From contig JAPYUM010000001.1 in NCBI GenBank assembly GCA_029940535.1, positions 3,480 to 67,479 of the forward strand: a stretch of DNA of 64,000 bases. The letters are read 5' to 3'. Position numbers and translations under genes: made by a program. This document shows positions 30,460 to 39,108 of the stretch, piece after piece (position 1 is the stretch's first letter; each line of letters starts with the position of its first letter). This DNA comes from Vicinamibacterales bacterium. Its GTDB lineage: Bacteria > Acidobacteriota > Vicinamibacteria > Vicinamibacterales > UBA8438. A model generated the notes under the pieces. The model saw only the letters and a list, made by a program, of their open reading frames with translations, did not search any database and was not told the DNA's origin.

Positions 30460-31692
30460 ATGAGCCCGCTCGTTCGGCGCGCCATGCTCGCCTTGGCACT
30501 TGTTGGCTTCGCGTCGGCGGCGACGTCGACATACGTGCACTATCAGATCGCGAGCGATCCCGGCTACACCAGCTTTTGCGACATCAATGAGCAAGTCAGT
30601 TGCACGCAGGTGTATCTGAGTCGTTTTGGATCGGTCGGCGGTATACCGGTGGCGCTGCTTGGCGCATTCTGGTTCGGCGTGGTGGGCCTGTTGACCGTGG
30701 CGGCCGGGCGAAGCGCCGCCGGGCTCGTCGAGAATATCGGCGGCTATCTGCTCGTCTTGTCGACCATCGGGCTGGCGACGGTGCTGTTCCTCGGCTACGC
30801 CTCCTTCAGCGTCCTGGGGGCTGTCTGCCTGCTGTGTATCGTCGTGTACGCGGCCGTCGGCGGGATTTTTCTGCTGTCAGGCGCGGTGGGTTCGGTCCCG
30901 TGGCTGTCGATTCCCAGGCGGGCGGTGGCGGACCTTGGCCATCTCGTCCGCACCCCAGCCGCGCTCGCGGTCACTGTGCTGTTTCTCGGTGGGACCGCCG
31001 CCGCGGTTGCCGTGTTCCCCTCTGAGTCGTCTGGACCAGTCGCCTCGCCCTCGACGCCCCTCCCCGAGCTCGCCGGTGGCGCCCCGGAGACCAGCGACAC
31101 GACGTCGGAGATCGAACGTTTCTGGGACGCACAGCCTCGCGTCGAGTTGCCCGTTCCCTACGAAGGAGCGCAGGTGCTGGTCGTGAAGTTCAACGACTAC
31201 GAGTGCCCCTCGTGTGCGGCCACGTACTTGGCCTACGAGCCTATTTTTGCCCGGTTCGAGTCCAGCCATCCTGGGGCCGTGCGCCATGTCAGTCTCGACT
31301 ATCCCCTGGATCCCGAATGCAATGAACAGACGCCTCGTGGCATGCACGAGGGGGCCTGCGAGGCCGCGGTGGCCGTGCGACTTGCCCGCCGCCAGGGACG
31401 TGACGAGCCGATGGCGCGCTGGCTCTACGACAACCAGGCGTCGTTGTCGCGGGAATCGGTGCGAGACGCGTTGGAGCGAATCGCGGGGATGTCTGATTTT
31501 GACGCGTTGTATGACGAGACACTGGAGGAGGTCAAGGCGGACATCGCCCTTGGGGGCCTCATCGCCATCGAAGCCACGCCGACGTTTGTCGTCAACGGAG
31601 TCATGATCAAAGGCGGATTACAACCACAATACTTCGAGTCCGCCATCTCGCTGGAGCTCGAGCGCGCCGCTGCGGGTCCCCCGTCCGAGTAG
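30460..31692 (+). CDS. Vitamin K epoxide reductase (VKOR)-DsbA/thioredoxin-fold fusion protein
   Basis: 410 aa. The N-terminal multi-TM part has a loop Cys pair (FCDINEQVSC) and CLLC. The C-terminal soluble domain has YECPSC (CxxC). Confidence 0.8.
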   Translation: MSPLVRRAMLALALVGFASAATSTYVHYQIASDPGYTSFCDINEQVSCTQVYLSRFGSVGGIPVALLGAFWFGVVGLLTVAAGRSAAGLVENIGGYLLVLSTIGLATVLFLGYASFSVLGAVCLLCIVVYAAVGGIFLLSGAVGSVPWLSIPRRAVADLGHLVRTPAALAVTVLFLGGTAAAVAVFPSESSGPVASPSTPLPELAGGAPETSDTTSEIERFWDAQPRVELPVPYEGAQVLVVKFNDYECPSCAATYLAYEPIFARFESSHPGAVRHVSLDYPLDPECNEQTPRGMHEGACEAAVAVRLARRQGRDEPMARWLYDNQASLSRESVRDALERIAGMSDFDALYDETLEEVKADIALGGLIAIEATPTFVVNGVMIKGGLQPQYFESAISLELERAAAGPPSE

Positions 31693-31710
31693 CGTCGTTC
31701 GGACGATGTC

Positions 31711-32652
31711 ATGGCCCGCTACGCGATCCGTCTCGAGGAACTGACCAAAGACTATCCCATCGGTTTCTGGCGGTCGCGCCCGGTCAGGGCGCTTGACCAC
31801 GTCTCGCTCGATGTAGAGCCCGGCGAGGTGCTCGGATATCTCGGTCCGAATGGTGCCGGCAAGACCACCACCCTGAAGCTGCTGATGCAGCTCGTCTATC
31901 CGACCTCCGGCCGGGCTGAAATTCTCGGGCGCCCGGCTGGCGATGTCGAAGCCAAGCGTCGTCTGGGGTACCTGCCCGAGTTGCCCTATTTCTACGACAA
32001 CCTGACCGCCGAAGAACTCCTGGTCTATTTCGGCGGCCTGTTCGGACTCGCGCCCGCCGTCGCCCGCACTCGGGCGTCGATCTTGCTTGACCGCGTCGGC
32101 CTCGGGGCGGAGCGTCGCCGCCGGCTCCGGCATTATTCCAAAGGCATGCTGCAGCGGGTCGGTATTGCCCAGGCCCTGGTGAATGACCCGGAGGTGGTGT
32201 TTCTCGACGAACCGATGTCCGGTCTCGATCCGGTGGGTCGGCGCGACACCCGCGAGCTCATTCGGTCGTTGCGGGACGAGGGACGAACTGTCTTCTTCAG
32301 TTCTCACATCCTGTCCGATGCCGAAGCGCTCTGCACGCGAGTCGCGATCATGGTGCAGGGCCGATTGGTCTCCACTGGACGGCTCGCCGATCTGGCGTTT
32401 GAGGTGCAGGGCTGGGAATTGGTCGTATCCGGGGGCGACGGCGGAGCGCTGGCCAGTCTGGGGCTCGATGCCGTGACCACCGCGGTGGATGGCCGGTATG
32501 TCGTCGAGTTGCCGGTCGACCGCCCGCCGGATCAGGTGCTGCCCGAGCTGAGCCGCCTTCACGTTCAGGTGGTGTCGTTGACCCCACGTCACGAGTCGCT
32601 CGAGGACTACTTCATGCGTCTGGTGGCCCGGCGTCAGGCGCCCGCGGCCTAG
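31711..32652 (+). CDS. ABC transporter ATP-binding protein (positional analogue of Myxococcus PilH)
   Basis: Walker A GPNGAGKTT, signature YSKGMLQRV, Walker B VVFLDEP. Confidence 0.9.
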   Translation: MARYAIRLEELTKDYPIGFWRSRPVRALDHVSLDVEPGEVLGYLGPNGAGKTTTLKLLMQLVYPTSGRAEILGRPAGDVEAKRRLGYLPELPYFYDNLTAEELLVYFGGLFGLAPAVARTRASILLDRVGLGAERRRRLRHYSKGMLQRVGIAQALVNDPEVVFLDEPMSGLDPVGRRDTRELIRSLRDEGRTVFFSSHILSDAEALCTRVAIMVQGRLVSTGRLADLAFEVQGWELVVSGGDGGALASLGLDAVTTAVDGRYVVELPVDRPPDQVLPELSRLHVQVVSLTPRHESLEDYFMRLVARRQAPAA

Positions 32653-32665
32653 CGATCGGTCGACC

Positions 32666-33472
32666 ATGTCCGTCATTCCCCGAATCGCGGCGCAGGTCTT
32701 CAAGGAATCGGTGCGCGACAAGGTGCTGTACAACCTTGTGCTGTTCGCCGTGTTGTTGATTGCCGCCTCGTATCTCATCGGCCAACTGACGGCCGGTCAG
32801 GACGTGAAGATCATCAAGGATCTTGGCCTGGCCGCCACCCAGATTTTCGGATTGTTCATCGCCGTGTTCATTGGGATCGGGCTGGTCTCGAAAGAGGTTG
32901 AGCGGCGCAGTATCTACAGCTTGTTGTCGAAGCCGGTGAGACGGCACGAGCTGATTCTTGGCAAGTACGCCGGATTGGTGCTGACGCTGGCCGTCAACGT
33001 GGGGGTCATGGCGGTCGCCTTGTATGCCGTGCTCGGCTACATGTCCTGGGTAGAGACGGAAGAGTTCCGACGGAGCTGGGAGGCTCCGGCCACCGACCCG
33101 GCGATGCTCGCCGCCATCGTGTTGATCTTCGTCCAGCTCATGCTCGTTACCGCGATCGCTCTGTTCTTCTCTACGTTCTCGAGCCCGATGCTCTCCGCCG
33201 TGCTTACGTTCGGCCTGTACGTCGTCGGTCACTTCAACGCGGATCTGCGAAACTTCGAGAGCGTGGTCGAGTCTCCCGCGGCGGTCTCCTTGGCGCGGGT
33301 GCTGTACTATGCGCTCCCCAACCTGGCGCCCTTTGATGTGAAGGCGCAGGTGGTGCACGCACAACCGGTGTCCCTCGGGTATGTGGCGTTGACCTCCGCC
33401 TACGCCGCCGCCTACATCGGGGCGCTCCTGCTGGCCGCGGTGTTCATCTTCTCGAAGCGGGATTTCAAGTGA
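32666..33472 (+). CDS. ABC-2 type permease (positional analogue of Myxococcus PilI)
   Basis: 268 aa with about 6 TM helices; follows the ATPase gene by 13 nt. Confidence 0.75.
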   Translation: MSVIPRIAAQVFKESVRDKVLYNLVLFAVLLIAASYLIGQLTAGQDVKIIKDLGLAATQIFGLFIAVFIGIGLVSKEVERRSIYSLLSKPVRRHELILGKYAGLVLTLAVNVGVMAVALYAVLGYMSWVETEEFRRSWEAPATDPAMLAAIVLIFVQLMLVTAIALFFSTFSSPMLSAVLTFGLYVVGHFNADLRNFESVVESPAAVSLARVLYYALPNLAPFDVKAQVVHAQPVSLGYVALTSAYAAAYIGALLLAAVFIFSKRDFK

Positions 33473-34392
33473 CGGAGCGCTCCACTCAGTGGTGGCAGCG
33501 ACCGGTGTGGTTCACCGCCGCGATGGTCCTGCTCGTCGCGGTGTTTGTCTCGACCGCCGTCATGCGTGACCGCGTCTACGCCGCGACGGATCCGGAGACC
33601 GAGCTCCTCTATATTCCTTCCGGTCCAGTGCTCGCTCGGATGGCGCTGTCGTTCGACGCGCTGCTGGCGGATGTCTACTGGATCCGTGCTCTCCAGCACT
33701 ATGGAGGCACGAAACGCGGCGACAGTGAGGCGAGGAGCTACGAGCTGCTAGGCCCCCTGCTCGAGATCACGACGACGCTCGACCCCCACTTCAATGCGGC
33801 GTATCGCTTTGGTGCCATCTTTCTGACCGAGGCCTACCCGAACGGACCGGGGCGTCCAGACCTGGCGGTGGCGCTGCTCGAAAAGGGTATCGAGCAGATG
33901 CCCGACCGCTGGGAGTACTACATGGACATTGGGTTCATTTACTACTGGTGGGTCAAAGACTACGGCCGCGCGGCGGAGTGGTTCGACAAGGCGGCGGATG
34001 TTCCCGGCGCCTCGTGGTGGCTGCGCTCGTTGGCCGCTAACACCCTGGCCGCGGGTGGTAGTCGTCAGTCGTCTCGGATGTTGTGGCGAGAGATGTACGA
34101 TTCGGCCGATACGGATTGGATTCGCAACGAGGCCGCCCGACGGCTGACTCAGCTCGATGCGTTGGACGACATTGATCAACTGATCGCGGCGTCGGGGCGC
34201 TTTGTCGAGCGTGCGGGCCGGCCGCCATCGTCGTGGGATGAGCTGGTCGGGGCCAGCCTGCTCGTGGGGATTCCGCTCGATCCCACGGGTCGGCCCTATG
34301 TGATGGATAGCGTGAACGGCACCATCAACGTGGCGTCCGATTCGTCGCTGTTCCCGCTTCCGGGCGAGACGCTGCCGCCGTTGCCCCAATGA
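33469..34392 (+). CDS. Membrane-anchored TPR-like helical-repeat protein
   Basis: 307 aa. GTGA overlap with the permease stop. N-terminal TM followed by TPR-like repeats (AVALLEKGIEQMPDRWEYYMDIGFIYYWWVKDYGRAAEWFDKA). Confidence 0.55.
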   Translation: MTERSTQWWQRPVWFTAAMVLLVAVFVSTAVMRDRVYAATDPETELLYIPSGPVLARMALSFDALLADVYWIRALQHYGGTKRGDSEARSYELLGPLLEITTTLDPHFNAAYRFGAIFLTEAYPNGPGRPDLAVALLEKGIEQMPDRWEYYMDIGFIYYWWVKDYGRAAEWFDKAADVPGASWWLRSLAANTLAAGGSRQSSRMLWREMYDSADTDWIRNEAARRLTQLDALDDIDQLIAASGRFVERAGRPPSSWDELVGASLLVGIPLDPTGRPYVMDSVNGTINVASDSSLFPLPGETLPPLPQ

Positions 34393-35156
34393 CCGAGTCG
34401 ATGACGATCGGCGTGGTGGCCGCGCTCGGGCTGGCTATCGGCAGCTTTCTCAACGTGTGCATCTACCGCTTGCCTCGGGGCGAGTCGATCGTCAGCCCGC
34501 CATCTCGCTGCCCGTCGTGCGGCCAGGGACTCCGCTGGTTCGACAACGTGCCGGTGCTGGGGTGGTTGCTGGTAGGTGGTCGCTGTCGGAGCTGCCGTGC
34601 CGCCGTGTCGCCGATGTATCCCGTCGTCGAGGCGGTGACCTCGGTGGTCTTCCTGTTACAGCTCTGGCAAATCGGCTGGCAGCCGCTCCTGGCTATCCGG
34701 CTGCTGTTCGTGTCGGCCATGATCGTCTTGTTCGTCATTGACCTGCAGCATCGGATTCTGCCCAATGTCATTACGCTTCCCGGTATCGCGGTCGGCCTGA
34801 TAGCGAGCGTGTTCTTCGAGCCAGGATGGCGCGCGGCACTCATCGGCGTCGCGGCCGGCGGCGGCGTGTTGTGGGTCGTGGGCGAGGCGTATTTTCGGAT
34901 TCGTGGCGAAGAGGGCATGGGGTTCGGCGACGTGAAGATGCTGGCCATGGTCGGCGCGTTTCTCGGTTGGCAGTTCATGCTGGTCACTCTCTTGATCGCC
35001 TCGTTCACCGGGTCGATCATCGGCGGTGGCATGATCGCGGTCGATCGCGGCAACATGAAATATGCGCTACCGCTAGGTTCCTTCCTGGCTGTCGGCGCCA
35101 TCATCGCCACCCACGTCGGCTATCCCGTCCTCGCGTGGTACCTCGGGTTCTACTGA
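34389..35156 (+). CDS. pilD: Prepilin peptidase / N-methyltransferase PilD (A24 family)
   Basis: CPSCGQGLRWFDNVPVLGWLLVGGRCRSC zinc motif, multi-TM, and the GFGDVK catalytic Asp box. ATGA overlap with the upstream gene. Confidence 0.92.
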   Translation: MTESMTIGVVAALGLAIGSFLNVCIYRLPRGESIVSPPSRCPSCGQGLRWFDNVPVLGWLLVGGRCRSCRAAVSPMYPVVEAVTSVVFLLQLWQIGWQPLLAIRLLFVSAMIVLFVIDLQHRILPNVITLPGIAVGLIASVFFEPGWRAALIGVAAGGGVLWVVGEAYFRIRGEEGMGFGDVKMLAMVGAFLGWQFMLVTLLIASFTGSIIGGGMIAVDRGNMKYALPLGSFLAVGAIIATHVGYPVLAWYLGFY

Positions 35157-35294
35157 TGCGGCGGACGCGCGTCCGACGGGCCCTTGCGGTTCTTGCCACG
35201 CCAGACGCGACCTGCGATTGCGTAAATCGCCGTTCGTGAGACGTCGATCACCTCCAGACACCTGAAACCGGCCGTTCTGCATCTGGCAAGGACT

Positions 35295-35310
35295 CGGATC
35301 GGATGTTGCA
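35295..35310 (+). promoter_or_regulatory. Sigma-54-like -24/-12 motif in front of the pseudopilin operon
   Basis: CGGATCGGATGTTGCA has the same GGATC-N5-TTGCA layout as the pilA promoter. It sits only 13 nt before ATG 35323. Confidence 0.3.
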
Positions 35311-35322
35311 CCGGCTCTGGCC

Positions 35323-35814
35323 ATGAGCGGCCGACCGGTTTCCCGCAACGCACAGGCGTCCAGCTCGGACGCGGGTCTGGCACTCCTGGAGGTGGTCATC
35401 TCGGTTGGCCTGCTGGTCACGCTGGCGGCGGGCCTCGTGCAACTGTTCGCGATGTCCGCTCAATCCATGGTGCGAGCCCGCCATCGGACCTCGGCCCTGA
35501 TCCTGGCGGTAGCGAAGGTGGAGCAGATTCGCGTGGCAGCGCTGACACAGGGCGCCGTCGGCCTGGTCGGCCCCGCCGGGCCTCAGACCGAATACCTCGA
35601 TCCAGAGGGTCGCCTCATGGGCAGTCACGTCGGGGCTGTTCCGACCGGGTCCCGGTACGAGCGGGTCTGGCTCGTGGACCAGCCGCCTGGCACATTCGGG
35701 GTCGTCCGGGTCCAGGTGCTCGTGGCGCCGATCCAGGCCGGGGTCGCCGTGGTCCCAGACGGTGTGGTGCCCCTCGATGGGGCTCGGGTGAGGACGCTGG
35801 TGTGGTCGCCGTGA
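35323..35814 (+). CDS. Prepilin-type pseudopilin / minor pilin (Leu+1)
   Basis: 163 aa. N-terminus ...SSSDAG/LALLEVVISVGLLV has Gly-1, Glu+5 and a hydrophobic helix. Confidence 0.6.
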   Translation: MSGRPVSRNAQASSSDAGLALLEVVISVGLLVTLAAGLVQLFAMSAQSMVRARHRTSALILAVAKVEQIRVAALTQGAVGLVGPAGPQTEYLDPEGRLMGSHVGAVPTGSRYERVWLVDQPPGTFGVVRVQVLVAPIQAGVAVVPDGVVPLDGARVRTLVWSP

Positions 35815-36830
35815 GGGTCGCAAGGAGGCGGCCCAGGGCGTCGACCCACGCTGGATTGTCGCTGGTGGAGACCGTGATGGCCCTCGCTTTGACCCTCCTG
35901 GTCATGGCCAGTGTCTTCGAATTGGCCAAGCCGGCCGCCTCGCTACATCGGTCAGTGCCCGAAGCGGCCGTCGTCCAGCAGCGGCTCCGGTATTCGTTTG
36001 ACCGTCTGTTCAGCGACCTCATGAAGGCGGGTCGCGGCACGACGGAACAGAGGCCCGGACGGCTGGGCCGCTTCCTCCCCCCGATCGTCCCCTACCGGCT
36101 TGGTCGCCGAGCCGCTGGGGATGCGCACCGACGCCCCGTGGTAGACGCCGTGAGTGTGCTGTCGGTATCGCGAGGCGGCGGCGCCGAGGCGACGACGCTT
36201 GGACCGATCGCCGGGGCGGCGACCAGGGTCGAGCTGGCGGCCGGGCCTGGATGCGGGCGCCCCGCGTGCGGTCATCGCGTGCGGGACATGGTGCTGGTGT
36301 TTGACGAACAGGGGGACTGGGAGCTGTTTCGCGTGACCGCCGTTACCGCGATGCGACTCGCCCTCGAGCGGGTGCACGCAACTGGCACGACGTTCGCTGC
36401 GGGCGCGGTTATCGCTCCCGTGAACCTCAACCACTACTACTTTGACGCCCGGCAGGCTCAGCTTCGTCACTACGACGGATGGCGAGCCGACTTTCCTCTG
36501 GCGGACCAGTTTGTGCGACTACGGTTCCGATTCCAGGGCGTCGCACGCGGGCCGATGCCCTGTCGGCCGCCGCCGACGGTCGGTCCGCTCGTCGACATCG
36601 ACTTGCCTCGCCTGCGCGATGGTCCATGGTGTGGCCCCCCGGGTCTCCCGTTCGATGCGGACCTGCTCCGTATTCGAGTGGTCGTGGTGACCCTGCGGGT
36701 GCAGACTGGCGCTTCCGAACTCCGCGGCGTCGACCCGCGTCTGTTTGCGCGACCCGGCTCGGCCTCTGGAGGTGGTGGCACCGTGCCGGACCACGAGGTG
36801 ACGTTCACCCTCGCCCCACCGAACCTATGA
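35802..36830 (+). CDS. PilW-like prepilin-type minor pilin (Leu+1)
   Basis: 342 aa. ...STHAG/LSLVETVMALALTLLV has Gly-1 and Glu+5. Overlaps the upstream gene by 13 nt. Confidence 0.6.
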   Translation: MVAVRVARRRPRASTHAGLSLVETVMALALTLLVMASVFELAKPAASLHRSVPEAAVVQQRLRYSFDRLFSDLMKAGRGTTEQRPGRLGRFLPPIVPYRLGRRAAGDAHRRPVVDAVSVLSVSRGGGAEATTLGPIAGAATRVELAAGPGCGRPACGHRVRDMVLVFDEQGDWELFRVTAVTAMRLALERVHATGTTFAAGAVIAPVNLNHYYFDARQAQLRHYDGWRADFPLADQFVRLRFRFQGVARGPMPCRPPPTVGPLVDIDLPRLRDGPWCGPPGLPFDADLLRIRVVVVTLRVQTGASELRGVDPRLFARPGSASGGGGTVPDHEVTFTLAPPNL

Positions 36831-36831
36831 C

Positions 36832-36939
36832 GGGGTTTTCCGACGAGGCGCCCGCGTGGACGGCGTTGCGTCCTCGGTCACATGCCGCCTGCATGCTCCC
36901 TCGTCGCGCCTTGCCACACAGAGGCCTCGTCAGAAAACC
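36832..36939. repeat. Palindromic REP/MITE-like element, full copy B
   Basis: ggggttttccgacgaggcg...gaggcctcgtcagaaaacc. It starts 2 nt after the TGA of the PilW-like gene and shares its core with copies A and C. Confidence 0.8.
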
Positions 36940-36969
36940 GCATCTGACGTTCTTCAGCAACTCTAGAGA

Positions 36970-37587
36970 GTGGGGATGACTGATATGGATCGGAGCGACC
37001 ACGGCAGCGCCCTCCTCGTCACGCTCCTGACCGCGATGCTGCTGGCGGGCCTGGCCGGTGGGCTCACCATGGCGCTGATGACCGAAGAGGCGGTCGAAGC
37101 GAACCACCGTCGGGCGGTGGTAGCGCTCTATGCAGCGGATGGGATGCTGACTCGCGTCGTCTCAGAGCTGGCCCGCCTGCCAGACTGGCAACCGGTCCTC
37201 GACGGCACCTATGTGTCGTTCCTCCGCGTCGGGACCGCGACCCGGAGACTGGCCGATGGGTCATCCGTCGACTTGTTCTTCGTCACGGACGCGTTGCAGC
37301 GCGAGTTCGACGAGGCCCGTGGTGCCGGCGCGGCGCGCTGGCGTCTGCACGCCTGGGGTTGGTTTGGCGATCTGGTGACCGACCCCAATCAGGATCGGCG
37401 GTTGCTGGTCGCTGCCTGGGTACGCGGCGGTGTGGTTCGGACCACGCCGTCGAACGACCTGGAACAGCAGCAGGTCGTCCTTCGCGCGCTGGCGTTTGGT
37501 CCGTTCGGGACTCGGCGCGAGGTCGAGGCGGTCCTGGTCCGGTACGAGGGGGCGGTCCGCGTGATCGCGTGGGATCTCGACCGGTGA
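36970..37587 (+). CDS. PilX-N-like pilus assembly/minor pilin protein
   Basis: 205 aa. The N-terminus HGSALLVTLLTAMLLAGLAGGLTMALMTEEAVEANHR resembles the PilX N-terminal domain. Start is uncertain (36970, 36976 or 36985). Confidence 0.5.
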   Translation: MGMTDMDRSDHGSALLVTLLTAMLLAGLAGGLTMALMTEEAVEANHRRAVVALYAADGMLTRVVSELARLPDWQPVLDGTYVSFLRVGTATRRLADGSSVDLFFVTDALQREFDEARGAGAARWRLHAWGWFGDLVTDPNQDRRLLVAAWVRGGVVRTTPSNDLEQQQVVLRALAFGPFGTRREVEAVLVRYEGAVRVIAWDLDR

Positions 37588-39029
37588 TGAAGTGCGGCCC
37601 GTCTGCTACACTGACCCGCCGAGGCACACCCGTGAGCACTGCTCCTCCCTTCACGTCTACCACCGTCCTCGTCGTACTCGAGGCCGGGTCTTTTGATCCT
37701 CGGCTGCGTGAGGCGTTGGAGACCGCCGGCATCGAGTTCGTAGAGGCCACAGACGAGCGCCAGGCCAGGGAGCGGATGCGCCAGATCCGGCCGGCTGCGG
37801 TGCTATGCGATCTGCGGCTTCCCGCCGGTGACGGGCTCGGCGTGCTCAGTGCGGCCAAGGCGATCGACCCAGAACTCCCTGTCATTATGGCGAGTGATCC
37901 TGGCAACGTCACCGACGCGGTATCGGCGATGAAAGGCGGCGCACTCGAGTGCTTCGTCAAGCCGCTGGACGCGAAACGGGTCGTGCCACTGCTCACGCGT
38001 GCCATCGCCGCGTATCGCGCGGTGACCGAGTCGGTGCCATTCGACGCGGTCGCCGAGTCGGGTGTGCAGGGCATCGTCGGGCGTGCCCCGGGGTTGACGC
38101 AGGTGCTGCGCAGCCTCGCGCGGGCCGCCGTAACTGACGCGACCGTGCTCCTCCAGGGCGAGAGCGGAACCGGGAAGGAGCTGTTCGCGCGTGCCGTTCA
38201 TCGGCTCAGTCCGCGGGCCGGCGGTCCGTTCGTTGCGATCAACTGCGCCGCGATTCCTGAGAATCTGCTCGAGTCCGAGTTGTTTGGCTACGAGAAGGGG
38301 GCGTTTACCGGGGCGGTGGCCCGCAAGCTTGGCAAGTTCGAGGTGGCCGACGGCGGGACTTTGTTTCTGGACGAAATTGGCGACCTGTCCGGCCCTCTGC
38401 AAGCGAAGATTCTCCGAGCGGTGGAAACCCGCTCGTTCGAGCGGGTCGGCGGCACGAGTCCGCTCCAGGTCGACGTGCGCCAGGTGGCGGCCACCAATCG
38501 GGATCTCCGGGCGCGAGTCTCAGCCGGTCTGTTTCGAGAGGATCTGTACTTCCGACTGTCAGTGTTTTCGATTCAAATTCCGCCCCTCCGTGACCGGGTG
38601 GTGGACGTGCCGCTGCTCGCGAGGTTTTTTATCGGCAAGGTCTGCGCCGATCTCGGTCGCCCGCCTTTGCGGCTGTCCCTCGCGGCCGAAGATCGGTTGA
38701 TGTCCTACCGGTGGCCGGGCAACGTTCGCGAGTTGCAGAACTGTATGGAGCGGGTAGTCATTTTGTGCGAGGAGGCAGAGATTCGTCCCATCGATTTGAA
38801 CCTCCACGAAGGAGAGGTCTCGACCCCCGAGGTGGATCCCTGGGACGCGATCGATCTGTCTGGGACTTTGGCGGATGCGTCACAGCGGGCGCTGGCCGAG
38901 GTGGAGCGCCGGAAGATTTCGGCGGCGCTGAAGGACGCCGGGAACAACACCGGTCGGGTGGCGGATGTCCTGCGGATCAGCCACCGCGCACTGGTCGTCA
39001 AGATGCAGGACCACGGAATCATCCCTTAG
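37587..39029 (+). CDS. NtrC-family sigma-54-dependent response regulator (orphan, canonical GAFTGA)
   Basis: ATG 37587 overlaps the upstream stop by 1 nt. Receiver ([12 protein letters not shown]), AAA+ ([14 protein letters not shown]) and a C-terminal HTH are present. Confidence 0.88.
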   Translation: MKCGPSATLTRRGTPVSTAPPFTSTTVLVVLEAGSFDPRLREALETAGIEFVEATDERQARERMRQIRPAAVLCDLRLPAGDGLGVLSAAKAIDPELPVIMASDPGNVTDAVSAMKGGALECFVKPLDAKRVVPLLTRAIAAYRAVTESVPFDAVAESGVQGIVGRAPGLTQVLRSLARAAVTDATVLLQGESGTGKELFARAVHRLSPRAGGPFVAINCAAIPENLLESELFGYEKGAFTGAVARKLGKFEVADGGTLFLDEIGDLSGPLQAKILRAVETRSFERVGGTSPLQVDVRQVAATNRDLRARVSAGLFREDLYFRLSVFSIQIPPLRDRVVDVPLLARFFIGKVCADLGRPPLRLSLAAEDRLMSYRWPGNVRELQNCMERVVILCEEAEIRPIDLNLHEGEVSTPEVDPWDAIDLSGTLADASQRALAEVERRKISAALKDAGNNTGRVADVLRISHRALVVKMQDHGIIP

Positions 39030-39066
39030 GTTTTCGAGCGGGGCGTCCGCCTGGCGACGTGACGGA
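39027..39066. repeat. Half copy D of the REP/MITE-like element (left arm only)
   Basis: TAG gttttcgagcggggcgtccgcctggcgacg aligns with the left halves of copies A, C, E and F. Confidence 0.6.
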
Positions 39067-39108
39067 CAACGGCGCGACCGCCAAGTTGGACGCCACTGCG
39101 GTTCCGAG

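Noticed and set aside
37359-37586. Track start of the sigma-54 activator ORF at 37359
   Set aside because: The first 76 codons overlap the PilX-like gene in another frame and are Arg/Gly-rich junk. ATG 37587 directly precedes the receiver domain and overlaps the upstream stop.
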